From Eledone cirrhosa (lineage: Eukaryota), in the NCBI GenBank assembly GCA_964016885.1, contig OZ024741.1, forward strand, positions 20,832,001 through 20,896,000: a stretch of 64,000 nt of DNA, in the 5' to 3' direction. The notes below the pieces were generated by a model. That model was not told the origin of the DNA. It worked only from the letters and a program-made list of their open reading frames with translations, and did not search any database. A program made the position numbers and the translations under genes. Positions 41,861 through 55,500 of the stretch are shown here, in pieces (within the stretch, counting starts at the first letter, position 1; every line of letters starts with the position of its first letter).

Positions 41861-44800
41861 TGGTGGATCTTGGGGAGTGAAGACCAGCTAAGACAACCAA
41901 TTAGATGGTGGAACTTGGGGAGTGAAGAACAGCTAAGACAACCAATTAGATGGTGGAACTTGGGGAGTGTAGACCAGCTAAGACAACCAATTAGATGGTG
42001 GAACTTAGAGGGTGAAGACCAGCGAAGACAACCAATTAGATGGTGGAACTAGGAGAGTGAAGACCAGCTAAGACAACGAAATAGATGGTGGAACTTGGGG
42101 AGTGAAGACCAGCTAAGACAACCAATTAGATGGTGGAACTTGGGGAGTGAAGAACAGCTAAGACAACCAATTAGATGGTGGAACTTGGGGAGTGTAGACC
42201 TGCTAAGACAACCAATTAGATGGTGGAACTTAGAGGGTGAAGACCAGCGAAGACAACCAATTAGATGGTGGAACTAGGAGAGTGAAGACCAGCTAAGACA
42301 ACCAATTAGAGGGTGAAGACCAGCTAAGACAACCAATTAGATCGTGGAACTTGGGGAGTGAAGACCAGCTAAGACAACCAATTAGATGGTGGATTTTGCG
42401 AAGAGAAGACCAGCTAAGACAACCAATTAGATGGTGGAACTTGGAGAGTGAAGACCAGCTAAGAGAACGAATTAGATGGTGGAACTAGGAGAGTGAAGAC
42501 CAGCTAAGACAGCCAATTAGAGGGTGAAGACCAGCTAAGAGAACGAATTAGAAGGTGGAACTTGGGGAGAGAAGACCAGCTAAGACAACCAATTAGAAGG
42601 TGGAACTTGGGGAGAGAAGACCAGCTAAGACAACCAATTAGATGGTGGAACTTGGGGAGTGAAGACCAGCTAAGACAACCAATTAGATGGTGGAACTTGG
42701 AGAGAGAAGACCAGCTAAGAAAACCAATTAGATGGTGGAACTTGGAGAGTGAAGACCAGCTAAGAGAACCAATTAGATGGTGGAACATGTGGACTGAAGA
42801 CCAGCTAAGACAACCAATAAGATAGCGGCACTTGGGGAGTGAAGACCAGCTGAGACAACCAATTAGATGGTGGAACTTGGGGACTGAAGACCAGCTAAGA
42901 CAACCAATTAGATGGTTGAACTTGGGGAGTGAAGACCAGCTAAGACAACCAATTAGATGGTGGAACTTAGAGAGAGAAGACCAGATAAGACAACCAATTA
43001 GATGGTGGAACTTGGGGAGTGAAGACCAGCTAAGACAACCAATTAGATGGTGGAACTTGGGGAGTGAAGACCAGCTAAGACAACCAATTAGATGGTGGAA
43101 CTTAGAGGGTGAAGACCAGCGAAGACAACCAATTAGATGGTGGAAATAGGAGAGTGAAGACCAGCTAAGACAGCCAATTAGAGGGTGAAGACCAGCTAAG
43201 ACAACAAATTAGATGGTGGAACTTGGGGAGTGAAGACCTGCTAAGACACCCAATTAGATGGTGGAATTTGGGATGAGAAGACCAGCTAAGACAACCAATT
43301 AGATGGTGGAACTTGGAGAGTGAAGACCAGCTAAGACAACCAATTAGATGGTGGAACTTGGAGAGTGAAGACCAACTAAGACAACCAATTAGAAGGTGGA
43401 ACTTGGGGAGTGAAGACCAGCTAAGAAAACCAGTTATATGGTGGAACTTGGAGAGTGAAGACCAGCTAAGAGAACGAATTAGATGGTGGAACTAGGAGAG
43501 TGAAGACCAGCTAAGACAGCCAATTAGAGGGTGAAGACCAGCTAAGAGAACGAATTAGAAGGTGGAACTTGGGGAGAGAAGACCAGCTAAGACAACCAAT
43601 TAGATGGTGGAACTTGGGGAGTGAATACCAGCTAAGACAACCAATTAGATGGTGGAATAGTGGAATGAAGACCAGCTAAGACAACCAATTAGATGGTGGA
43701 ACTTGGGGAGTGAAGACCAGCTAAGAAAACCAGTTATATGGTGGAACTTGGAGAGTGAAGACCAGCTAAGAGAACGAATTAGATGGTGGAACTAGGAGAG
43801 TGAAGACCAGCTAAGACAGCCAATTAGAGGGTGAAGACCAGCTAAGAGAACGAATTAGAAGGTGGAACTTGGGGAGAGAAGACCAGCTAAGACAACCAAT
43901 TAGATGGTGGAACTTGGGGAGTGAATACCAGCTAAGACAACCAATTAGATGGTGGAACTTGGAGAGAGAAGACCAGCTAAGAAAACCAATTAGATGGTGG
44001 AACTTGGAGAGTGAAGACCAGATAAGACAACCAATTAGATGGTGGAACTTGGGGACTGAAGACCAGCTAAGACAACCAATTAGATGGTGGAACTTGGGGA
44101 GTGAAGACCAGCTAAGACAACCAATTAGATGGTGGAACTAGGAGAGTGAAGACCAGCTAAGACAACCAATTAGATGGTGGAATTTGGGAAGAGAAGACCA
44201 GCTAAGACAACCAATTAGATGGTGGAACTTGGAGAGTGAAGACCAGATAAGACAACCAATTAGATGGTGGAACTTGGGGACTGAAGACCAGCTAAGACAA
44301 CCAATTAGATGGTGGAACTTGGGGACTGAAGACCAGCTAAGACAACCAATTAGATGGTGGAACTTAGAGAGAGAAGACCAGATAAGACAACCAATTAGAT
44401 GGTGGAACTTGGAGAGTGAAGACCAGCTAAGACAACCAAATAGATGGTGGAACTTGGGGAGTGAAGACCAGCTAAGACAACCAATTAGATGGTGGAACTT
44501 GGGGAGTGAAGAACAGCTAAGACAACCAATTAGATGGTGGAACTTGGGGAGTGTAGACCAGCTAAGACAACCAATTAGATGGTGGAACGTAGAAGGTGAA
44601 GACCAGCGAAGACAACCAATTAGATGGTGGAACTAGGAGAGTGAAGACCAGCTAAGACAACCAATTAGAGGGTGAAGACCAGCTAAGACAACCAATTAGA
44701 TGGTGGAAATTGGGGAGTGAAGACCAGCTAAGACAACCAATTAGATGGTGGAATTTGGGAAGAGAAGACCAGCTAAGACAACCAATTAAATGGTGGAACT

Positions 44801-46576
44801 TGGAGAGTGAAGACCAGCTAAGAGAACGAATTAGATGGTGGAACTAGGAGAGTGAAGACCAGCTAAGACAGCCAATTCGAGGGTGAAGACCAGCTAAGAG
44901 AACGAATTAGGAGGTGGAACTTGGGGAGAGAAGACCAGCTAAGACAACCAATTAGATGGTGGAACTTGGGGAGTGAAAACCAGCTAAGACAACCAATTAG
45001 ATGGTGGAACATGGAGAGAGAAGACCAGCTAAGAAAACCAATTCGATGGTGGAACTTGGAGAGTGAAGACCAGCTAAGAGAACCAATTAGATGGTGGAAC
45101 ATGTGGACTGAAGACCAGCTAAGACAACCAATAAGATGGTGGAACTTGGGGAGTGAAGACCAGCTGAGACAACCGATTAGATGGTGGAACTTGGGGACTG
45201 AAGACCAGCTAAGACAACCAATTAGATGGTGGAACTTGGGGAGTGAAGACCAGCTAAGACAACCAATTAGATGGTGGAACTTAGAGAGAGAAGACCAGAT
45301 AAGACAACCAATTAGATGGTGGAACTTGGGGAGTGAAGACCAGCTAAGACAACCAATTAGAAGGTGGAACTTGGGGAGTGAAGACCAGCTAAGACAACCA
45401 ATTAGATGGTGGAACTTGGGGAGTGAAGACCAGCTAAGACAACCAATTAGATGGTGGAACTTGGGGAGTGAAGACCAGCTAAGACAACCAATTAGATGGT
45501 GGAACTTAGAGGGTGAAGACCAGCGAAGACAACCAATTAGATGGTGGAAATAGGAGAGTGAAGACCAGCTAAGACAGCCAATTAGAGGGTGAAGACCAGC
45601 TAAGACAACAAATTAGATGGTGGAACTTGGGGAGTGAAGACCTGCTAAGACACCCAATTAGATGGTGGAATTTGGGAAGAGAAGACCAGCTAAGACAACC
45701 AATTAGATGGTGGAACTTGGAGAATGAAGACCAGCTAAGACAACCAATTAGATGGTGGAACTTGGAGAGTGAAGACCAGCTAAGACAACCAATTAGATGG
45801 TGGAACTTGGGGAGTGAAGACCAGCTAAGAAAACCAGTTATATGGTGGAACTTGGAGAGTGAAGACCAGCTAAGAGAACGAATTAGATGGTGGAACTAGG
45901 AGAGTGAAGACCAGCTAAGACAGCCAATTAGAGGGTGAAGACCAGCTAAGAGAACGAATTAGAAGGTGGAACTTGGGGAGAGAAGACCAGCTCAGACAAC
46001 CAATTAGATGGTGGAACTTGGGGAGTGAAGACCAGCTAAGACAACCAATTAGATGGTGGAACTTGGAGAGAGAAGACCAGCTAAGAAAACCAATTAGATG
46101 GTGGAACTTGGATAGTGAAGACCAGCTAAGAGAACCAATTAGATGGTGGAACGTGTGGACTGAAGACCAGCTAAGACAACCAATAAGATGGTGGAACTTG
46201 GGGAGTGAAGACCAGCTGAGACAACCAATTAGATGGTGGAACTTGGAGAGTGAAGACCAGATAAGACAACCAATTAGATGGTGGAACTTGGGGACTGAAG
46301 ACCAGCTAAGACAACCAATTAGATGGTGGAACTTGGGGACTGAAGACCAGCTAAGACAACCAATTAGATGGTGGAACTTAGAGAGAGAAGACCAGATAAG
46401 ACAACCAATTAGATGGTGGAACTTGGAGAGTGAAGACCAGCTAAGACAACCAATTAGATGGTGGAACTTGGGGAGTGAAGACCAGCTAAGACAACCAATT
46501 AGATGGTGGAACTTGGGGAGTGAAGAACAGCTAAGACAACCAATTAGATGGTGGAACTTGGGGCGTGTAGACCAGC

Positions 46577-49500
46577 TAAGACAACCAATTAGATGGTGGA
46601 ACTTAGAGGGTGAAGACCAGCGAAGACAACCAATTAGATGGTGGAACTAGGAGAGTGAAGACCAGCTAAGACAACCAATTAGAGGGTGAAGACCAGCTAA
46701 GACAACCAATTAGAGTGTGGAACTTGGGGAGTGAAGACCAGCTAAGACAACCAATTAGATGGTGGAATTTGGGAAGAGAAGACCAGCTAAGAGAACGAAT
46801 TAATGGTGGAACTAGGAGAGTGAAGACCAGCTAAGACAGCCAATTAGAGGGTGAAGACCAGCTAAGAGAACGAATTAGAAGGTGGAACTTGGGGAGAGAA
46901 GGCCAGCTAAGACAACCAATTAGATGGTGGAACTTGGGGAGTGAAGACCAGCTAAGAAAACCAATTAGATGGTGGAACATGTGGACTGAAGACGAGCTAA
47001 GACAACCAATAAGATGGTGGAACTTGGGGAGTGAAGACCAGCTGAGACAACCAATTAGATGGTGGAACTTGGGGACTGAAGACCAGCTAAGACAACCAAT
47101 TAGATGGTGGAACTTGGGGAGTGAAGACCAGCTAAGACAACCAATTAGATGGTGGAACTTGGGGAGTGAAGACCAGCTAAGACAACCAATTAGATGGTGG
47201 AACTTGGGGAGTGAAGACCAGCTAAGACAACCAATTAGATGGTGGAACTTAGAGGGTGAAGACCATCGAAGACAACCAATTAGATGGTGGAAATAGGAGA
47301 GTGAAGACCAGCTAAGACAGCCAATTAGAGGGTGAAGACCAGCTAAGACAACCAATTAGATGGTGGAAATTGGGGAGTGAAGACCAGCTAAGACAACCAA
47401 TTAGATGGTGGAATTTGGGAAGAGAAGACCAGCTAAGACAACCAATTAAATGGTGGAACTTGGAGAGTGAAGACCAGCTAAGAGAACGAATTAGATGGTG
47501 GAACTAGGAGAGTGAAGACCAGCTAAGACAGCCAATTCGAGGGTGGAACTTGGGGACTGAAGACCAGCTAAGACAACCAATTAGATGGTGGAACTTAGAG
47601 AGAGAAGACCAGATAAGACAACCAATTAGATGGTGGAACTTGGAGAGTGAAGACCAGCTAAGACAACCAAATAGATGGTGGAACTTGGGGAGTGAAGACC
47701 AGCTAAGACAACCAATTAGATGGTGGAACTTGGGGAGTGAAGAACAGCTAAGACAACCAATTAGATGGTGGAACTTGGGGAGTGTAGTCCAGCTAAGACA
47801 ACCAATTAGATGGTGGAACGTAGAAGGTGAAGACCAGCGAAGACAACCAATTAGATGGTGGAACTAGGAGAGTGAAGACCAGCTAAGACAACCAATTAGA
47901 GGGTGAAGACCAGCTAAGACAACCAATTAGATGGTGGAAATTGGGGAGTGAAGACCAGCTAAGACAACCAATTAGATGGTGGAATTTGGGAAGAGAAGAC
48001 CAGCTAAGACAACCAATTAAATGGTGGAACTTGGAGAGTGAAGACCAGCTAAGAGAACGAATTAGATGGTGGAACTAGGAGAGTGAAGACCAGCTAAGAC
48101 AGCCAATTCGAGGGTGAAGACCAGCTAAGAGAACGAATTAGGAGGTGGAACTTGGGGAGAGAAGACCAGCTAAGACAACCAATTAGATGGTGGAACTTGG
48201 GGAGTGAAAACCAGCTAAGACAACCAATTAGATGGTGGAACATGGAGAGAGAAGACCAGCTAAGAAAACCAATTCGATGGTGGAACTTGGAGAGTGAAGA
48301 CCAGCTAAGAGAACCAATTAGATGGTGGAACATGTGGACTGAAGACCAGCTAAGACAACCAATAAGATGGTGGAACTTGGGGAGTGAAGACCAGCTGAGA
48401 CAACCAATTAGATGGTGGAACTTGGGGACTGAAGACCAGCTAAGACAACCAATTAGATGGTGGAACTTGGGGAGTGAAGACCAGCTAAGACAACCAATTA
48501 GATGGTGGAACTTAGAGAGAGAAGACCAGATAAGACAACCAATTAGATGGTGGAACTTGGGGAGTGAAGACCAGCTAAGACAACCAATTAGAAGGTGGAA
48601 CTTGGGGAGTGAAGACCAGCTAAGACAACCAATTAGATGGTGGAACTTGGGGAGTGAAGACCAGCTAAGACAACCAATTAGATGGTGGAACTTGGGGAGT
48701 GAAGACCAGCTAAGACAACCAATTAGATGGTGGAACTTAGAGGGTGAAGACCAGCGAAGACAACCAATTAGATGGTGGAAATAGGAGAGTGAAGACCAGC
48801 TAAGACAGCCAATTAGAGGGTGAAGACCAGCTAAGACAACAAATTAGATGGTGGAACTTGGGGAGTGAAGACCTGCTAAGACACCCAATAAGATGGTGGA
48901 ATTTGGGAAGAGAAGACCAGCTAAGACAACCAATTAGATGGTGGAACTTGGAGAGTGAAGACCAGCTAAGACAACCAATTAGATGGTGGAACTTGGAGAG
49001 TGAAGACCAGCTAAGACAACCAATTAGATGGTGGAACTTGGGGAGTGAAGACCAGCTAAGACAACCAATTAGATGGTGGAATAGTGGAATGAAGACCAGC
49101 TAAGACAACCAATTAGATGGTGGAACTTGGGGAGTGAAGACCAGCTAAGAAAACCAGTTATATGGTGGAACTTGGAGAGTGAAGACCAGCTAAGAGAACG
49201 AATTAGATGGTGGAACTAGGAGAGTGAAGACCAGCTAAGACAGCCAATTAGAGGGTGAAGACCAGCTAAGAGAACGAATTAGAAGGTGGAACTTGGGGAG
49301 AGAAGACCAGCTAAGACAACCAATTAGATGGTGGAACTTGGGGAGTGAAGACCAGCTAAGACAACCAATTAGATGGTGGAACTTGGAGAGAGAAGACCAG
49401 CTAAGAAAACCAATTAGATGGTGGAACTTGGATAGTGAAGACCAGCTAAGAGAACCAATTAGATGGTGGAACGTGTGGACTGAAGACCAGCTAAGACAAC

Positions 49501-52500
49501 CAATAAGATGGTGGAACTTGGGGAGTGAAGACCAGCTGAGACAACCAATTAGATGGTGGAACTTGGAGAGTGAAGACCAGATAAGACAACCAATTAGATG
49601 GTGGAACTTGGGGACTGAAGACCAGCTAAGACAACCAATTAGATGGTGGAACTTGGGGACTGAAGACCAGCTAAGACAACCAATTAGATGGTGGAACTTA
49701 GAGAGAGAAGACCAGATAAGACAACCAATTAGATGGTGGAACTTGGAGAGTGAAGACCAGCTAAGACAACCAATTAGATGGTGGAACTTGGGGAGTGAAG
49801 ACCAGCTAAGACAACCAATTAGATGGTGGAACTTGGGGAGTGAAGAACAGCTAAGACAACCAATTAGATGGTGGAACTTGGGGCATGTAGACCAGCTAAG
49901 ACAACCAATTAGATGGTGGAACTTAGAGGGTGAAGACCAGGGAAGACAACCAATTAGATGGTGGAACTAGGAGAGTGAAGACCAGCTAAGACAACCAATT
50001 AGAGGGTGAAGACCAGCTAAGACAACCAATTAGAGTGTGGAACTTGGGGAGTGAAGACCAGCTAAGACAACCAATTAGATGGTGGAATTTGGGAAGAGAA
50101 GACCAGCTAAGAGAACGAATTAATGGTGGAACTAGGAGAGTGAAGACCAGCTAAGACAGCCAATTAGAGGGTGAAGACCAGCTAAGAGAACGAATTAGAA
50201 GGTGGAACTTGGGGAGAGAAGGCCAGCTAAGACAACCAATTAGATGGTGGAACTTGGGGAGTGAAGACCAGCTAAGAAAACCAATTAGATGGTGGAACAT
50301 GTGGACTGAAGACGAGCTAAGACAACCAATAAGATGGTGGAACTTGGGGAGTGAAGACCAGCTGAGACAACCAATTAGATGGTGGAACTTGGGGACTGAA
50401 GACCAGCTAAGACAACCAATTAGATGGTGGAACTTGGGGAGTGAAGACCAGCTAAGACAACCAATTAGATGGTGGAACTTGGGGAGTGAAGACCAGCTAA
50501 GACAACCAATTAGATGGTGGAACTTGGGGAGTGAAGACCAGCTAAGACAACCAATTAGATGGTGGAACTTAGAGGGTGAAGACCATCGAAGACAACCAAT
50601 TAGATGGTGGAAATAGGAGAGTGAAGACCAGCTAAGACAGCCAATTAGAGGGTGAAGACCAGCTAAGACAACAAGTTAGATGGTGGAACTTGGGGAGTGA
50701 AGACCTGCTAAGACACCCAATTAGATGATGGAATTTGGGAAGAGAAGACCAGCTAAGACAACCAATTAGATGGTGGAACTTGGAGAGTGAAGACCAGCTA
50801 AGACAACCAATTAGATGGTGGAACTTGGAGAGTGAAGACCAGCTAAGACAACCAATTAGATGGTGGAACTTGGGGAGTGAAGACCAGCTAAGACAGCCAA
50901 TTAGATGGTGGAATAGTGGAATGAAGACCAGCTAAGACAACCAATTAGATGGTGGAACTTGGGGAGTGAAGACCAGCTAAGAAAACCAGTTATATGGTGG
51001 AACTTGGAGAGTGAAGACCAGCTAAGAGAACGAATTAGATAGTGGAACTTGGAGAGTGAAGACCAGCTAAGACAACCAATTAGATGGTGGAACTTGGAGA
51101 GTGAAGACCAGCTAAGACAACAAATTAGATGGTGGAACTTGGAGAGTGAAGACCAGCTAAGACAACCAATTAGATGGTGGAACTTAGAGGGTGAAGACCA
51201 GCTAAGACAACCAATTAGATGATGGAACTTGGGGAGAAAAGACCAGCTAAGACAACCAATTAGATGGTGGAACTTGGGGAGTGAAGACCAGCTAAGACAA
51301 ACAATTAGATGGTGGAACTTGGGGAGTGAAGAACAGCTAAGACAACCAATTAGATGGTGGAACTTGGGGAGTGTAGACCAGCTAAGACAACCAATTAGAT
51401 GGTGGAACTTAGTGGGTGAAGACCAGCGAAGACAACCAATTAGATGGTGGAACTAGGAGAGTGAAGACCAGCTAAGACAACCAATTAGAGGGTGAAGACC
51501 AGCTAAGACAACCAATTAGATGGTGGAACTTGGGGAGTGAAGACCAGCTAAGACAACCAATTAGATGGTGGAATTTGGGAAGAGAAGACCAGCTAAGAGA
51601 ACGAATTAATGGTGGAACTAGGAGAGTGAAGACCAGCTAAGACAGCCAATTAGAGGGTGAAGACCAGCTAAGAGAACGAATTAGAAGGTGGAACTTGGGG
51701 AGAGAAGGCCAGCTAAGACAACCAATTAGATGGTCGAACTTGGGGAGTGAAGACCAGCTAAGACAACCAATTAGATGGTGGAACTTTGAGAGAGAAGACG
51801 AGCTAAGAAAACCAATTAGATGGTGGAACTTGGAGAGTGAAGACCAGCTAAGAAAACCAATTAGATGGTGGAACATGTGGACTGAAGACGAGCTAAGACA
51901 ACCAATAAGATGGTGGAACTTGGGGAGTGAAGACCAGCTGAGACAACCAATTAGATGGTGGAACTTGGGGACTGAAGACCAGCTAAGACAACCAATTAGA
52001 TGGTGGAACTTGGGGAGTGAAGACCAGCTAAGACAACCAATTAGATAGTGGAACTTAGAGAGAGAAGACCAGATAAGACAACCAATTAGATGGTGGAACT
52101 TAGAGGGTGAAGACCAGCGAAGACAACCAATTAGATGGTGGAACTAGGAGAGTGAAGACCAGCTAAGACAACCAATTAGAGGGTGAAGACCAGCTAAGAC
52201 AACCAATTAGAGTGTGGAACTTGGGGAGTGAAGACCAGCTAAGACAACCAATTAGATGGTGGAATTTGGGAAGAGAAGACCAGCTAAGAGAACGAATTAA
52301 TGGTGGAACTAGGAGAGTGAAGACCAGCTAAGACAGCCAATTAGAGGGTGAAGACCAGCTAAGAGAACGAATTAGAAGGTGGAACTTGGGGAGAGAAGGC
52401 CAGCTAAGACAACCAATTAGATGGTGGAACTTGGGGAGTGAAGACCAGCTAAGAAAACCAATTAGATGGTGGAACATGTGGACTGAAGACGAGCTAAGAC

Positions 52501-55500
52501 AACCAATAAGATGGTGGAACTTGGGGAGTGAAGACCAGCTGAGACAACCAATTAGATGGTGGAACTTGGGGACTGAAGACCAGCTAAGACAACCAATTAG
52601 ATGGTGGAACTTGGGGAGTGAAGACCAGCTAAGACAACCAATTAGATGGTGGAACTTGGGGAGTGAAGACCAGCTAAGACAACCAATTAGATGGTGGAAC
52701 TTGGGGAGTGAAGACCAGCTAAGACAACCAATTAGATGGTGGAACTTAGAGGGTGAAGACCATCGAAGACAACCAATTAGATGGTGGAAATAGGAGAGTG
52801 AAGACCAGCTAAGACAGCCAATTAGAGGGTGAAGACCAGCTAAGACAACCAATTAGATGGTGGAAATTGGGGAGTGAAGACCAGCTAAGACAACCAATTA
52901 GATGGTGGAATTTGGGAAGAGAAGACCAGCTAAGACAACCAATTAAATGGTGGAACTTGGAGAGTGAAGACCAGCTAAGAGAACGAATTAGATGGTGGAA
53001 CTAGGAGAGTGAAGACCAGCTAAGACAGCCAATTCGAGGGTGGAACTTGGGGACTGAAGACCAGCTAAGACAACCAATTAGATGGTGGAACTTAGAGAGA
53101 GAAGACCAGATAAGACAACCAATTAGATGGTGGAACTTGGAGAGTGAAGACCAGCTAAGACAACCAAATAGATGGTGGAACTTGGGGAGTGAAGACCAGC
53201 TAAGACAACCAATTAGATGGTGGAACTTGGGGAGTGAAGAACAGCTAAGACAACCAATTAGATGGTGGAACTTGGGGAGTGTAGACCAGCTAAGACAACC
53301 AATTAGATGGTGGAACGTAGAAGGTGAAGACCAGCGAAGACAACCAATTAGATGGTGGAACTAGGAGAGTGAAGACCAGCTAAGACAACCAATTAGAGGG
53401 TGAAGACCAGCTAAGACAACCAATTAGATGGTGGAAATTGGGGAGTGAAGACCAGCTAAGACAACCAATTAGATGGTGGAATTTGGGAAGAGAAGACCAG
53501 CTAAGACAACCAATTAAATGGTGGAACTTGGAGAGTGAAGACCAGCTAAGAGAACGAATTAGATGGTGGAACTAGGAGAGTGAAGACCAGCTAAGACAGC
53601 CAATTCGAGGGTGAAGACCAGCTAAGAGAACGAATTAGGAGGTGGAACTTGGGGAGAGAAGACCAGCTAAGACAACCAATTAGATGGTGGAACTTGGGGA
53701 GTGAAAACCAGCTAAGACAACCAATTAGATGGTGGAACATGGAGAGAGAAGACCAGCTAAGAAAACCAATTCGATGGTGGAACTTGGAGAGTGAAGACCA
53801 GCTAAGAGAACCAATTAGATGGTGGAACATGTGGACTGAAGACCAGCTAAGACAACCAATAAGATGGTGGAACTTGGGGAGTGAAGACCAGCTGAGACAA
53901 CCAATTAGATGGTGGAACTTGGGGACTGAAGACCAGCTAAGACAACCAATTAGATGGTGGAACTTGGGGAGTGAAGACCAGCTAAGACAACCAATTAGAT
54001 GGTGGAACTTAGAGAGAGAAGACCAGATAAGACAACCAATTAGATGGTGGAACTTGGGGAGTGAAGACCAGCTAAGACAACCAATTAGAAGGTGGAACTT
54101 GGGGAGTGAAGACCAGCTAAGACAACCAATTAGATGGTGGAACTTGGGGAGTGAAGACCAGCTAAGACAACCAATTAGATGGTGGAACTTGGGGAGTGAA
54201 GACCAGCTAAGACAACCAATTAGATGGTGGAACTTAGAGGGTGAAGACCAGCGAAGACAACCAATTAGATGGTGGAAATAGGAGAGTGAAGACCAGCTAA
54301 GACAGCCAATTAGAGGGTGAAGACCAGCTAAGACAACAAATTAGATGGTGGAACTTGGGGAGTGAAGACCTGCTAAGACACCCAATAAGATGGTGGAATT
54401 TGGGAAGAGAAGACCAGCTAAGACAACCAATTAGATGGTGGAACTTGGAGAGTGAAGACCAGCTAAGACAACCAATTAGATGGTGGAACTTGGAGAGTGA
54501 AGACCAGCTAAGACAACCAATTAGATGGTGGAACTTGGGGAGTGAAGACCAGCTAAGACAACCAATTAGATGGTGGAATAGTGGAATGAAGACCAGCTAA
54601 GACAACCAATTAGATGGTGGAACTTGGGGAGTGAAGACCAGCTAAGAAAACCAGTTATATGGTGGAACTTGGAGAGTGAAGACCAGCTAAGAGAACGAAT
54701 TAGATGGTGGAACTAGGAGAGTGAAGACCAGCTAAGACAGCCAATTAGAGGGTGAAGACCAGCTAAGAGAACGAATTAGAAGGTGGAACTTGGGGAGAGA
54801 AGACCAGCTAAGACAACCAATTAGATGGTGGAACTTGGGGAGTGAAGACCAGCTAAGACAACCAATTAGATGGTGGAACTTGGAGAGAGAAGACCAGCTA
54901 AGAAAACCAATTAGATGGTGGAACTTGGATAGTGAAGACCAGCTAAGAGAACCAATTAGATGGTGGAACGTGTGGACTGAAGACCAGCTAAGACAACCAA
55001 TAAGATGGTGGAACTTGGGGAGTGAAGACCAGCTGAGACAACCAATTAGATGGTGGAACTTGGAGAGTGAAGACCAGATAAGACAACCAATTAGATGGTG
55101 GAACTTGGGGACTGAAGACCAGCTAAGACAACCAATTAGATGGTGGAACTTGGGGACTGAAGACCAGCTAAGACAACCAATTAGATGGTGGAACTTAGAG
55201 AGAGAAGACCAGATAAGACAACCAATTAGATGGTGGAACTTGGAGAGTGAAGACCAGCTAAGACAACCAATTAGATGGTGGAACTTGGGGAGTGAAGACC
55301 AGCTAAGACAACCAATTAGATGGTGGAACTTGGGGAGTGAAGAACAGCTAAGACAACCAATTAGATGGTGGAACTTGGGGCATGTAGACCAGCTAAGACA
55401 ACCAATTAGATGGTGGAACTTAGAGGGTGAAGACCAGGGAAGACAACCAATTAGATGGTGGAACTAGGAGAGTGAAGACCAGCTAAGACAACCAATTAGA

